IMG/VR virus record: IMGVR_UViG_3300050645_000010
Span: 2,234 to 66,233 of that record
Direction: 5' to 3' (one strand)
Source: a virus
Taxonomy: Duplodnaviria > Caudoviricetes
DNA: 64,000 bases
The position numbers and the translations under genes were made by a program. The notes beneath the pieces are model-generated. The model was given only the letters and a program-made list of their open reading frames with translations. It ran no database searches and was not told the DNA's origin. Position 1 is the first letter of the stretch. Every line of letters begins with the position of its first letter. Below are positions 56,029 to 64,000 of this stretch, piece by piece.

Positions 56029-56592
56029 ATGATTCGCAACAAAAATAGACATGAGGAATATATGCTTGGCGGATATGACACGAACGAATACTTTTGCGAA
56101 GCACAGGACGTTGGAAGCGGCGCGTGGATCATGGTCGTTCGGACGATACCGGTTGAACGAAGGTATGCGCCGAAGGTTTATGGGATTTATTGGGCGTTAC
56201 CGCACGAGGAAGGAGGGCATTGCAGAGATAGATTCGGTCGGCAAGCGGTCAAGGTTTATACCCCTGTTGAGGTGGTGCTTTTGAATCATGAATATTCGGT
56301 GGTGTCAGATGAGCGGTTTGAAATGTACCGCAAGGAAGTTGGTTATGCGTTGCATGAGACAGGAGCACATATCGAGATGGCAATGAACCTTGAATACCTT
56401 GAGAAAGGCAGGAGCTTATGCGAAGAAGAACGTGAAGTCATATGGGCGTTGCAGGTTGACGGGTTGACGGAATATCAGGCTTGCGAAGAGTATTTTCTTT
56501 CACACCACACCGACACAAGCAACGTTGGTATTTACTATTTACCGCCCAAGGAAGTCATAGACGAATTGATAGCCGCGTTCGGTGACCGGTGA
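56029..56592 (+). CDS. Hypothetical protein
   Basis: 187-aa ORF with SD. Confidence 0.65.
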   Translation: MIRNKNRHEEYMLGGYDTNEYFCEAQDVGSGAWIMVVRTIPVERRYAPKVYGIYWALPHEEGGHCRDRFGRQAVKVYTPVEVVLLNHEYSVVSDERFEMYRKEVGYALHETGAHIEMAMNLEYLEKGRSLCEEEREVIWALQVDGLTEYQACEEYFLSHHTDTSNVGIYYLPPKEVIDELIAAFGDR

Positions 56593-56617
56593 TTCGGTTT
56601 GCGAGAATGGAGGTTCA

Positions 56618-56770
56618 ATGATGAGCGATTTTGCGCGAGCGTTCTACGATGGCGCGCGGGCGTGCGTGACGGTGGCGGGATTTATCGTCATGGGCGCCGG
56701 GATACTGGCGGTCCCCGCGTTGATTATTTCGGTCGTGGAGGGCATCAGGAAATACAAGGCGGATAAGTGA
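56618..56770 (+). CDS. Small membrane protein
   Basis: One TM helix; SD GGAGGT. Confidence 0.45.
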   Translation: MMSDFARAFYDGARACVTVAGFIVMGAGILAVPALIISVVEGIRKYKADK

Positions 56771-56786
56771 GAGCATGGAGGGGTGA

Positions 56787-57590
56787 ATGATGAGCGTTAA
56801 GGGGATGCCGTTAAGCACCCGCATGGTGCAGAAATACCGGGCCGAACAGAAGGACATGACGCGACGCATCATCGGCATTCCGAACGAAGCAGAGCCTTCA
56901 CGGAATGCCGGAGGCGAGGTTATCTTTTCAAGCGACAATACCGTGTTCTTTGAATGGCAAGGCGAGCCGAACATCAACCACAACGTAAAACCGCGATACC
57001 TTCCCGGAGATTTGATTTACGTCAGGGAATCGTGGCGGATTGGGGCATGGGACTGGAGCACGGGCCGATTTGCATTAGATTACAGGGATGAGGTGCGGCG
57101 CGAATGGGTTCAGGTGGCGGACACCGAGCGCGCAGAACGGTACATCATCCAAACCTATCAGGATGCGGCAAAGGCGGGATTGGTTGACCCGAAGATTCTA
57201 GAGGATACCGGACTTTGGGCAACGTGGCCTCCGGTAGGTTGGGAAGCCGGAAAAGGCCCTGCCCGTTGGAGGCCCCCGCGTTTCATGCCGCGCGAATTCG
57301 CGCGCGAATTTGGAATCGTCAAGGCCGTCAAGGTGGAGCGAGTGCAGGAGATCAGCGAGGACGATGCGGTCCGGGAGGGTTTTCATTCTGGACGATGCAA
57401 CCCGAAACGCTGCGATCCATGCGTATATGGGAGCGCATGTCCAGGCTGGAGCTCGGTTGAGGAATTCGCTTATCTATGGCAAGCATTGAATGCGAAACGC
57501 AACCCGACCTATTCATGGAATGCGAACCCGTGGATTTGGGCCTATACCATCGAGCGGATACCAATGCCGGAAGGGTGGCCGAACGTATGA
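56787..57590 (+). CDS. ASCH/PUA-like conserved phage protein
   Basis: KDMTRR, PGDLIYVRESW, FMPREFAR, VERVQEISEDDAVREG, WNANPWIW. Confidence 0.75.
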   Translation: MMSVKGMPLSTRMVQKYRAEQKDMTRRIIGIPNEAEPSRNAGGEVIFSSDNTVFFEWQGEPNINHNVKPRYLPGDLIYVRESWRIGAWDWSTGRFALDYRDEVRREWVQVADTERAERYIIQTYQDAAKAGLVDPKILEDTGLWATWPPVGWEAGKGPARWRPPRFMPREFAREFGIVKAVKVERVQEISEDDAVREGFHSGRCNPKRCDPCVYGSACPGWSSVEEFAYLWQALNAKRNPTYSWNANPWIWAYTIERIPMPEGWPNV

Positions 57591-58306
57591 AGCCTATTTA
57601 CGAGCCGCGCACGCGCGCGAAAGAGTATGGCGATTTGTGCGTGAACATCTACACGGGATGCAATCACGGGTGCGTCTATTGCTTCGCTCCTTCGGTGCTG
57701 CGAAAGGCACGAGAAGATTTCGAGAGGGTCGAGCCGAGGGCGGGCGTCGTGGATGCGGTCAAGCGGCAAATCGAGCGCGAGGGCATCACGGGCAAGCTGA
57801 TTCATTTATGTTTCGTGTGTGACCCCTACCCCGCTTTCATCGATACGACAGCGACACGGGAAGTTATCAGGGCGATCAAGAGCGCGGGCAACAACGTTCA
57901 GATATTGACGAAGGGCGGAAAGCGCGCAACGCGGGATTTCGATTTGCTGGGCAAGGGCGATCGGTTCGGCGTGACGTATACGCATTCGGATTCAGATTGG
58001 ACGGAGAAGAACGAACCGAACGCGGCAAGCCAGAGCGATCGGCTGGAAAGCCTCTTCATGGCGAAGCTCGCGGGCGTGGAAACATGGGTTTCCTGCGAGC
58101 CGGTATATGACATAGAGGGCGTTTTTCAGCTATTGAAGAGCGGCAATTACATTGACGAATTCAAGGTCGGGAAGCTCAATTATCACCCATCAGCGATCGA
58201 TTGGGCGCGGTTCGGGGATGAGTGCATGACGATCGCGCGGGCGTATGGGCGGTCGCTGTATCTGAAGCAGGATCTTCGCGACGAGATGAAGAGATCGGAG
58301 GCGTAA
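57587..58306 (+). CDS. Radical SAM protein, SPL/Rv2578c-like
   Basis: NIYTGCNHGCVYCFAP, CDPYP, QILTKG, TWVSCEP. Confidence 0.85.
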   Translation: MKPIYEPRTRAKEYGDLCVNIYTGCNHGCVYCFAPSVLRKAREDFERVEPRAGVVDAVKRQIEREGITGKLIHLCFVCDPYPAFIDTTATREVIRAIKSAGNNVQILTKGGKRATRDFDLLGKGDRFGVTYTHSDSDWTEKNEPNAASQSDRLESLFMAKLAGVETWVSCEPVYDIEGVFQLLKSGNYIDEFKVGKLNYHPSAIDWARFGDECMTIARAYGRSLYLKQDLRDEMKRSEA

Positions 58307-58308
58307 CA

Positions 58309-58560
58309 ATGGTTTTCAAGCGGACCGTGACGAACACGTACAACATCGTTGCGAGAGCGGATAAGCCCATTTTCGTGTTCAAGGATTTCATGAACGCGCG
58401 GAAAAAGTACGGAATGAAGACGGCGGAGTTTGAGCGGTGCTTCATGTGCAAGAAGGCGTTCGAGGACGAAGAAGGGGTGTATTTCGCGACGGTGACGCCG
58501 GGCATCGGGAACAGGTTCCTTTGCGGGGCGTGCGCGGAAAAGGTGGTCGCGGATGTTTGA
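58309..58560 (+). CDS. Zinc-finger hypothetical protein
   Basis: CFMC...NRFLCGACA. Confidence 0.6.
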   Translation: MVFKRTVTNTYNIVARADKPIFVFKDFMNARKKYGMKTAEFERCFMCKKAFEDEEGVYFATVTPGIGNRFLCGACAEKVVADV

Positions 58561-58792
58561 CATTGAGCGGTTGCGCGCAAAGGGCGTGCCGGAAGGAAGT
58601 ATCAAAATCGCGCAGATGGTGAACGAGAACACCGCCCGCAGAGAATCTTGCACGGGGCATGAATTTGAGCAGACGGAGAGAATCGGGCGTTACAAATGCA
58701 AGAACTGCGGATGCGAACAAGACGTAAGCTATGTGCTCGGATACCGTGACGCGATCAAGCATTTGACGTACAAGGGCGGCGAAGGCGCATGA
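58553..58792 (+). CDS. Hypothetical protein
   Basis: ESCTGHEF...YKCKNCG. Confidence 0.6.
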   Translation: MFDIERLRAKGVPEGSIKIAQMVNENTARRESCTGHEFEQTERIGRYKCKNCGCEQDVSYVLGYRDAIKHLTYKGGEGA

Positions 58793-58808
58793 ACATCACA
58801 AGGGTAAG

Positions 58809-59273
58809 ATGGGCGGAATGGATTCTGGACCGGATAACAATGCTCGGTTGGATCATGTGGGCATAGGCGGAAAGGGGTGGGCGGTGGTGTGCGGAATCCC
58901 GTTGAATATACCGGCACATACGCGATGTACGAATTGCGGCGCGTGCTGCGGCGTTTTCCCCGTTTCTGCGGCGGACATTCACAGGATCGGCGCATACATA
59001 CGCGGGCACGCGGAGGTCTTGAACGTTGTAAAGCAGGTGAAGGAAAGCGAACTTGTTTGCCCGTTCAGGGATGAAACGAAGATGCGATGCGCGGTGTACC
59101 CTGTCAGGCCGTTGATTTGCAGAATGTTCGGGGTTGTGCAGTTGATGCAATGCAGGAACGGGAATTCGGCGAACATCGACGGATTCAAGTTTAGGATGGA
59201 AGAGCCGGTTGCGTTTAGCCACATGGTCGATTGGGAGAAGGTCGCAAGCGAGGTGACGGGCGGTGATGTATGA
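58809..59273 (+). CDS. YkgJ-family cysteine-cluster protein; start uncertain
   Basis: CTNCGACCG...CPF...CAVYPVRPLICRMFG. Confidence 0.8.
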   Translation: MGGMDSGPDNNARLDHVGIGGKGWAVVCGIPLNIPAHTRCTNCGACCGVFPVSAADIHRIGAYIRGHAEVLNVVKQVKESELVCPFRDETKMRCAVYPVRPLICRMFGVVQLMQCRNGNSANIDGFKFRMEEPVAFSHMVDWEKVASEVTGGDV

Positions 59274-59532
59274 GTGCTGCGCTTGCCGGAAGAAGTTCGA
59301 GGCGCACGAGGCGCGGACGGTGACATGCGCGCATTGCGGCAAGGAACAGCGCGTGCGGCTTGGGATTTGCTCGGATTGCTTCGAGGTGTTGAAAGGCAAG
59401 GCACCCATCAAAAAGCCGTATAAGTGCCCGGTGTGCAACGGCAGAGGACAGCAGTACCCGACCGACAGCACGGCATGCCCGGCCTGTAAGGGCACAGGCA
59501 TCATATGGAGCAATGAAAACAATGGCGAATGA
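59263..59532 (+). CDS. Multi-zinc-finger protein
   Basis: Several CxxC pairs including CPVCNGRG and CPACKGTG. Confidence 0.55.
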   Translation: MMYECCACRKKFEAHEARTVTCAHCGKEQRVRLGICSDCFEVLKGKAPIKKPYKCPVCNGRGQQYPTDSTACPACKGTGIIWSNENNGE

Positions 59533-60013
59533 AGATGTGTCTGCGTTCGAGAAGACGCGAGCAAAGCCCGACGAGCGCATGGCGATGATGATGTTGGCAT
59601 CGATATTGGAAAGCGTTGAGAAGGCCGTCTCCCCTGTTTGTGCTCGTTTGGCTCACGACAAATACGCAATGCGCGGATTGAAAGCGGCAGTCACGAGCAT
59701 TCGCAGGGTGATCGACGTTGCGGCGGAAACCATCGACCAAGACAGCATCGACTATATCGTCAAGAATTCGCGCGGGTACGAGATGGTCATACGGCAAAAG
59801 ACGGTTGTCAAGGACCCGAGCTGGATGTACGTGAAGACGGATGATTTACAGCGGCTTATCAAGATGGCGACGCGCGACGAATGCGGTTTTTGCTTGCTGG
59901 ATGGCAATCAGATCAAGGCATGCAAATTGCGGAAAGTGCTGCTCAATATGGTGGACGAACCAAACTCAATGTTTGGGTGCGGGTTCAGGGGAGGCAAGAC
60001 AGAAGATGGATAA
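59522..60013 (+). CDS. Hypothetical protein
   Basis: C-terminal CGFC...CKLR...CG. Confidence 0.6.
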   Translation: MANEDVSAFEKTRAKPDERMAMMMLASILESVEKAVSPVCARLAHDKYAMRGLKAAVTSIRRVIDVAAETIDQDSIDYIVKNSRGYEMVIRQKTVVKDPSWMYVKTDDLQRLIKMATRDECGFCLLDGNQIKACKLRKVLLNMVDEPNSMFGCGFRGGKTEDG

Positions 60014-60323
60014 GGCGAAGCGGGAGTTCTTAAAACAGCATGAGAAGGAGTTGAAGGACCGGCGCGTTTCAATCGTCATCGATTCGTTTCATGGCGTGAA
60101 TTGGTGGGAGAAGACCAAGGTATTCCCCTTGTTCACGGTTTACTTTAACTCGCGTGATTTTCCCGGAAAGTTCGCGGTCAGGTTGTTCGACGGGCAGCAA
60201 CCGACGCGGCTTGTGACGGTGAACAATACGATCGAGGCGGCAAGAGGTACGATACCTCCCCTATTTCATTGTGTAGCGCGAAGCGAGAAGGACGAACCGC
60301 ACATTGTGGAAACGTGGATATAA
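60006..60323 (+). CDS. Hypothetical protein
   Basis: FTVYFNSRDFPGKFAVRLF...DEPHIVETWI. Confidence 0.6.
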   Translation: MDKAKREFLKQHEKELKDRRVSIVIDSFHGVNWWEKTKVFPLFTVYFNSRDFPGKFAVRLFDGQQPTRLVTVNNTIEAARGTIPPLFHCVARSEKDEPHIVETWI

Positions 60324-60341
60324 GATACGGAGGGTTGCGGC

Positions 60342-60695
60342 GTGGATTTTAACGATTATCAGCGGATGGCGCAGCGGACAAGCAATACGAGCATGGGAAT
60401 CGATAAGGTCGCAAACGGCGCGCTGGGGCTTGCGGGCGAAGCCGGCGAATGCGCGGAGATCGTGAAGAAGCACATGTATCAGGGGCACGAGCTTGACCGC
60501 AAAGCGATCGTCGAAGAGTTGGGCGATGTGCTGTGGTACGTCGCGGAAGCGGCAACGGGAATCAACGTATCACTCGATGAGATCGCAGGGGCGAACCTCG
60601 ATAAATTGTGGGCGCGATACCCGCATGGTTTCGACGCAGACAGGAGCATTCACAGGGAGCACCGCGCCCCGGATCAGGCGCAAGACGGCGAGTAG
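60342..60695 (+). CDS. MazG-like nucleotide pyrophosphohydrolase
   Basis: NDYQ, LGLAGEAGE, EELGDVLWY, NLDKLWARYP. Confidence 0.9.
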   Translation: MDFNDYQRMAQRTSNTSMGIDKVANGALGLAGEAGECAEIVKKHMYQGHELDRKAIVEELGDVLWYVAEAATGINVSLDEIAGANLDKLWARYPHGFDADRSIHREHRAPDQAQDGE

Positions 60696-60800
60696 TTTTT
60701 AACGGCATTAAATGCCTTCAATACGGGCTTGGGTTTATCGGGCGAGCAAATCCTTGCACGAGGCAAGGGGCGGCGCACAGGCGACTTTAGAACGGAGGTC

Positions 60801-61175
60801 ATGGACATGGACGTAAGGAAACAATTCGCGACGATGATTTCGGGGAGGCAGTACGGGAACGAGATTACGAAGGCGGAAGCGGAGCTCGCCAAGAAAAACG
60901 GCGTTGTCATTGTGTACGGATACAGCGATGACAACATGGAGTTTGAAGGGGCGATTTACGATGAAGTCGGCTGCTTCAACGGCGGGAAGTGCTATATCAA
61001 GGGGCGGGAAGTGTTTCACGACGAGCCATACGACGGTTGCCCGAGCATCACGGCGGTATGGTGCGGAGAGGGTAAGCCGCCTTGGACATACGAGACGGAC
61101 ATCTTACATGAGACGTTCGAAATCTACGAAGGAGAAGAATTGTTCTGTGTCGGTATTGTATTCACGGTTCTTTGA
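60801..61175 (+). CDS. Conserved phage hypothetical protein
   Basis: VIVYGYSDDNMEFEGAIYDE...WTYETDILHETFEI; SD GGAGGT. Confidence 0.7.
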   Translation: MDMDVRKQFATMISGRQYGNEITKAEAELAKKNGVVIVYGYSDDNMEFEGAIYDEVGCFNGGKCYIKGREVFHDEPYDGCPSITAVWCGEGKPPWTYETDILHETFEIYEGEELFCVGIVFTVL

Positions 61176-61216
61176 TTGAAAGCAGCGTGTAAAGTGAGAA
61201 ACGGAGGTCGCGAGGC

Positions 61217-61663
61217 ATGAATCAGGCATGTTTGGTCGGGAATCTGACGAAGAACCCCGAATTGAGAACTACGCAAAACGGGATCAGCACATGCACGTTC
61301 ACGATTGCAGTCAACAGGCGCAAGGGCGCGGACGGCGTACAAAAGGCCGACTTCATCCCGGTTGTCACATGGAGGCAGCAAGCGGAGAATTGCGCGCGGT
61401 ATCTTGCGAAGGGGCGCAAAGTCGCAGTTGTCGGCAGCATTCAGACCCGCAACTACGATGCGCACGACGGCACGAAAAGGTATGTGACGGAGATCATCGC
61501 GACCGAAGTCACGTTCTTGCCGAACGGCAGCGGGAACAATGCGAGCGGGAATCAGCAGCAGGGGCAAGACAACGGATACGACGATGGAGCGGCGAACGCG
61601 AGCGCAGGTGCGAGCGCGGGCGACGGGTTCACGCAAGTATCTGACGATGAACTGCCATTTTGA
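61217..61663 (+). CDS. ssb: Single-stranded DNA-binding protein
   Basis: LVGNLTKNPELRTT, ADFIPVVTW, C-terminal DDELPF. Confidence 0.95.
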   Translation: MNQACLVGNLTKNPELRTTQNGISTCTFTIAVNRRKGADGVQKADFIPVVTWRQQAENCARYLAKGRKVAVVGSIQTRNYDAHDGTKRYVTEIIATEVTFLPNGSGNNASGNQQQGQDNGYDDGAANASAGASAGDGFTQVSDDELPF

Positions 61664-61838
61664 GATATAGTAATGCAAAAGTTGTAAGTACAGTTTGCAT
61701 TATATACAGCAAAGATTGTAAGTACAGCTACAAGGTGCAGGGAGAACGGCGGCAACCGTCCTCCCTGCGGTAGGGCATTGCACGTCCCAGCGCGCAATAC
61801 CGCTATGCGAATTATATCACGAGCGGAGGGATAAGGCA

Positions 61839-62339
61839 ATGCTGCCGGAGCAGGTCGATGAAATGTTGAAGTCATATCGCGAGTGCGTCGGAAGATGCGG
61901 GCACCTCAAATCGGAGATCGAAGAGACGGAAAAGCTCATCACGGAATTGAGCGCGACGGCGCTTGCAGATGCATCAGTTCGCGCGCAACAGTACACGGGG
62001 ATGCCGCACGGGTCGGGCGTGAGCAACCCGACCGAGCAAGTGGCGTGCATGTTCGCGGACGGATATATGCCGGAAGAAATCAGAAGATTGCAAAAGGAAC
62101 TGGCAGACATGAAGCGCGAGTTCAGGGAGCGATACCCCACCGTGCATTTCGTTGAGGCATGGTTGCAAGGGTTGACGGAAAAAGAACGGTGGATCGTCGA
62201 ACAGCAGGTCATAGACGGGGTGACGTGGCGCGATGTGATGACGCGATGCAGGTTGAAGTTCGGCATTGAGTACACGAAGGACGGATTGAAGCGGATCAAG
62301 GCAAAGGCACTCGACAAGATATACAGAATCGCAGCATAG
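61839..62339 (+). CDS. ArpU/RinA-like transcriptional regulator (likely late-gene activator)
   Basis: C-terminal sigma region-4-like LTEKERWIVEQQVIDGVTW; position at the end of the early region. Confidence 0.7.
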   Translation: MLPEQVDEMLKSYRECVGRCGHLKSEIEETEKLITELSATALADASVRAQQYTGMPHGSGVSNPTEQVACMFADGYMPEEIRRLQKELADMKREFRERYPTVHFVEAWLQGLTEKERWIVEQQVIDGVTWRDVMTRCRLKFGIEYTKDGLKRIKAKALDKIYRIAA

Positions 62340-62371
62340 CGGGATGCGGCGGGCTGCATGCCCGCTTTTTT
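62338..62371 (+). terminator. Intrinsic terminator
   Basis: AGCGGG...CCCGCT stem enclosing ATGCGG/CTGCAT, then a T run. Confidence 0.75.
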
Positions 62372-62406
62372 AGACCAAATCTTAACAATTATCCTCACCA
62401 AGCCTA

Positions 62407-62444
62407 TTGACTATGATACTCTAAAGTATTATAATCAGAATCAG
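62407..62444 (+). promoter_or_regulatory. sigmaA-type promoter with ATACT-N4-AGTAT operator (copy 2)
   Basis: TTGACT 62407-12, 17-bp spacer, TATAAT 62430-35; 35/38 identical to 34123-34160. Confidence 0.85.
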
Positions 62445-62476
62445 CAGGAGGGCATGGGCCGCAAGGAGGAAAGCAT

Positions 62477-63733
62477 ATGGCAACGGAAAAGTACACCATC
62501 CCCGCCATCGCACGGGAAACGGTTGAAGCAGAGCTTCGGAAGGTTCAGCGCAAGGCGGAGAAGTACGGGAAGACCCTCGCGTGGAGCTTTGGGCCGGAAA
62601 ACGCGAAGAAGCGCACCATTTGGAAGCAACAGCAATGGACGCAGAACACCGTAAAGACTGAGAAGATCGGCGAAGAGCTTGTCGAGGCCATCGACATCAC
62701 CATCGAAAGCGAGATCGTCAAGATTGACGGATACAATGTCATCGCCAAGATTGAGCATTTAGAGAGTGCCAACATCGTAACAAGGATCGACCGAGAAGCC
62801 GAGATAGACAGCAAGTGGACGAAGGCCGATGCGCATTGTGAGCATTGCCGAACCACCCGTCCCCGCACTGTTACCTTCATCGTTCGCAAGGATGGCACCG
62901 ATAAGCAGATCGGGAGTTCCTGCTTAAAGGACTATTGCGGGATCGACCCGCAGATGACGGCTATCAGGAATCAGCTTACAGAAACCCTCACGCTCTACGA
63001 CATGGAAGCCTATGATTTCGATCGCGCAGCCGAACATAGTTACCGCGCATACGAGGCTTACAAATCGCTTGCTCTCGCCGTTGATGTTTACAAGGCGCAA
63101 GGGTATCGCAAGGCTGATGAGCCGGATTCCAACAAGGATAAACTCCGTGAAGCGATGATGGATGTCGCGCAGCCCACGGGCAAGGCGCTCGAGGCGGCGC
63201 AAGCCATCACTGAATTTCTGGCCGCGCGCGGATATGAAGACCTCGACAACATCCTTTGGAACGTCAAGACCATAACAGAAGCAGGATATTGCAAACTCTC
63301 AAACGCGGGTATTCTCGCCTACGCCCCCGCCGCGTATGAACACCAGATTGAAGAAGAAGAGCGGCAACGCGCGCGCAAAGAGCAAACCGCCAAAGAAGCC
63401 GCTGCGTCTTCGTACATCGGGGAACTCGGACAGCGCATCATGATCGACATCGCGGAATGCAAGCTTTTAACTTCTTGGGATGGCGATTACGGAACCACTT
63501 ACCTCTACAAAATGCTTGACACCGAAGGCAATGTATTTATCTGGTACGCTTCAAAGCGTTTCGGCGAGCAGGTCAAGGGAAGGTGCATAGAGAGCGCGCA
63601 CGATGAGCGCGGGTACTTCTATGAGACGAATTTTCAGGAGTTCGTTACCGGGAAGATCAAGGCCACCATCAAGGACCATACGGAGCGGGAAGGAGTAAAA
63701 CAAACGGTTATCACGCGGTGCAAGACGGCGTAG
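62477..63733 (+). CDS. Hypothetical protein with Cys cluster and probable C-terminal OB fold
   Basis: SD AAGGAGG; CEHC...GSSCLKDYC; C-terminal beta-rich SYIGELGQR...TRCK. Confidence 0.8.
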   Translation: MATEKYTIPAIARETVEAELRKVQRKAEKYGKTLAWSFGPENAKKRTIWKQQQWTQNTVKTEKIGEELVEAIDITIESEIVKIDGYNVIAKIEHLESANIVTRIDREAEIDSKWTKADAHCEHCRTTRPRTVTFIVRKDGTDKQIGSSCLKDYCGIDPQMTAIRNQLTETLTLYDMEAYDFDRAAEHSYRAYEAYKSLALAVDVYKAQGYRKADEPDSNKDKLREAMMDVAQPTGKALEAAQAITEFLAARGYEDLDNILWNVKTITEAGYCKLSNAGILAYAPAAYEHQIEEEERQRARKEQTAKEAAASSYIGELGQRIMIDIAECKLLTSWDGDYGTTYLYKMLDTEGNVFIWYASKRFGEQVKGRCIESAHDERGYFYETNFQEFVTGKIKATIKDHTEREGVKQTVITRCKTA

Positions 63734-63770
63734 GACCCTACGAGCAGGAGCGAAACAGGAGGGACAGCGG

Positions 63771-63938
63771 ATGGACGCTTACAAGGAGCACGGGTACGCG
63801 AACAGGAAGGCTTACTTGCGGTCGGTTTCGGAGGAATACGGGGTCCCCATCGTGATCGTGTATCAGGCGGCGGCGATGTTGGGAGAAGAAGAGGATTTCG
63901 ACGGGCTGATTTCGATGGTTCAGGATTTCGCGTTTTAA
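63771..63938 (+). CDS. Small conserved phage protein, 55 aa (absent from the ORF track)
   Basis: SD GGAGGG; YKEHGYANRKAYL...EEYGV...LGEEEDFDGL. Confidence 0.7.
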   Translation: MDAYKEHGYANRKAYLRSVSEEYGVPIVIVYQAAAMLGEEEDFDGLISMVQDFAF

Positions 63939-63954
63939 GGAGGTCGGGGGCGGC

Positions 63955-64000
63955 ATGGCGGGTTGGAAGGACAATGTACGGCCTGAAACTGTGGAGGCGG
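63955..64000 (+). CDS. Start of a CDS truncated by the window edge
   Basis: AAGGAGGT upstream; MAGWKDNVRPETVEA... Confidence 0.5.
   Translation, partial: MAGWKDNVRPETVEA

Larger units (their letters stand above)
1..64000. mobile_element. Temperate contractile-tailed phage genome, non-integrated form, incomplete at both window edges
   Basis: Continuous terminase-head-tail-lysis-integrase-immunity-replication gene order; no host housekeeping genes; attP core with phage genes on both sides. Confidence 0.95.

Noticed and set aside
1-64000. Second DGR target (VR2)
   Set aside because: I found no other match to the TR ends (GAGTTCTTCCCGCGG, GGCGCGCGGCCCGCT) by eye; a BLASTN of TR against the whole genome would settle it.
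1-64000. CRISPR array, IS element or invertase shufflon
   Set aside because: No regularly spaced repeat-spacer array, transposase or second recombinase seen.

Overview
The whole window is one temperate, contractile-tailed (myovirus-like) phage, probably of a Clostridia/Bacillota host. That host call is inferred from Xkd-type tail genes, GGAGG ribosome-binding sites and sigmaA-type promoters. Phage genes flank an intact attP on both sides, so this is the excised or virion form rather than an integrated prophage, and the genome continues past both window edges. Gene order: ParB plus GREB1/TAGT-like glycosyltransferase, terminase, head, tail, a complete diversity-generating retroelement (CLec target with VR, hairpin, avd, TR, RT), lysis, accessory cassette, attP (3' half of tRNA-Pro CGG) plus tyrosine integrase, immunity region, recombination/replication, a long run of small accessory and nucleotide-metabolism genes, ssb, an ArpU-like regulator and a second accessory cassette. 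The strongest observations are: (1) the DGR, with 12 of 13 VR/TR mismatches at TR adenines; (2) a four-tract G-quadruplex/i-motif sequence overlapping the DGR hairpin; (3) a CBM5/12-like module inserted in the DGR target; (4) two near-identical (35/38 bp) promoter-operator units 28 kb apart, each behind a terminator and driving uncharacterised genes; (5) a Tad1/Acb-like putative nucleotide-sponge gene; (6) a ParB-glycosyltransferase pair next to the terminase. All family assignments come from motif recognition by eye; no database search was run.
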